Made by a program: the position numbers and the translations under genes. Of a stretch of 64,000 bases of DNA, positions 63,836 through 64,000 are shown piece after piece. Each line of letters opens with the position of its first letter. Position 1 is the stretch's first letter. The DNA comes from Octopus bimaculoides (lineage: Eukaryota): the NCBI RefSeq assembly GCF_001194135.2, contig NC_068994.1:39245111-39309110 (forward strand). Direction: 5' to 3'. The notes under the pieces are model-generated. The model saw nothing but the letters and a program-made list of their open reading frames with translations, was not told the DNA's origin and made no database searches.

Positions 63836-64000
63836 GAGTGGCTGTGTGGTAAGTAGCTTGCTTACCAACCACAAGGTTCCGGGTTCAGTCCCACTGTGTG
63901 GTACCTTGGGCAAGTGTCTTCTACTATAGCCTCGGGCCGACCAAAACCTTGTGAGTGGATTTGGTAGACGGAAACTGAAAGAAGCCCGTCGTATATATAT
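63836..64000 (+). mobile_element. SINE family B 5' half, young; continues beyond window
   Basis: GGCTGTGTGGTAAG A-box-like, GGTTCAGTCCC B-box-like, CTCGGGCCGACC..GGTAGACGGAAACTGAAAGAAGCCCGTCG. Confidence 0.9.

Noticed and set aside
63836-63900. tRNA genes at SINE heads
   Set aside because: A- and B-boxes are present but I see no cloverleaf; these are SINE 5' regions repeated many times.

Overview
This is AT-rich eukaryotic DNA, mostly intronic or intergenic, with nine N-gaps. It is very rich in (TA)n/(CA)n/(CT)n/(ATT)n microsatellites and in at least four tRNA-headed SINE families. That repeat landscape resembles an Octopus (cephalopod) draft assembly; this is an inference from recalled repeat families, not a database result. 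I could not recognise any intact host protein-coding gene, and there are no rRNA, bona fide tRNA or CRISPR features. Nearly all ORFs in the supplied track are microsatellite or N-gap artefacts. The coding signal that can be identified comes from decayed transposons: mariner, maT (DD37D), a Chapaev-type transposase, a Helitron helicase 3' end, two Penelope GIY-YIG fragments, RTE and CR1/L2 LINE pieces, and three R4/Dong-like LINE 3' ends. hAT, Tc1, mariner and piggyBac MITEs are also present, several of them nested. The most interesting observations are: (1) an atypical minimal hammerhead-like ribozyme in a young Penelope-type repeat at 191-227; (2) two long foldback hairpins (4873-5290 and 63269-63619); (3) a well-bounded 252-nt minus-strand candidate exon with a single in-frame TAA (62181-62432); (4) a gap that ends exactly at a GTGAGT splice donor (33258-33380); (5) a CpG-undepleted island near 53-54.3 kb; (6) a fully palindromic minisatellite; and (7) (ATT)n tracts acting as retroposon landing pads. 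I found no convincing novel multi-gene system.
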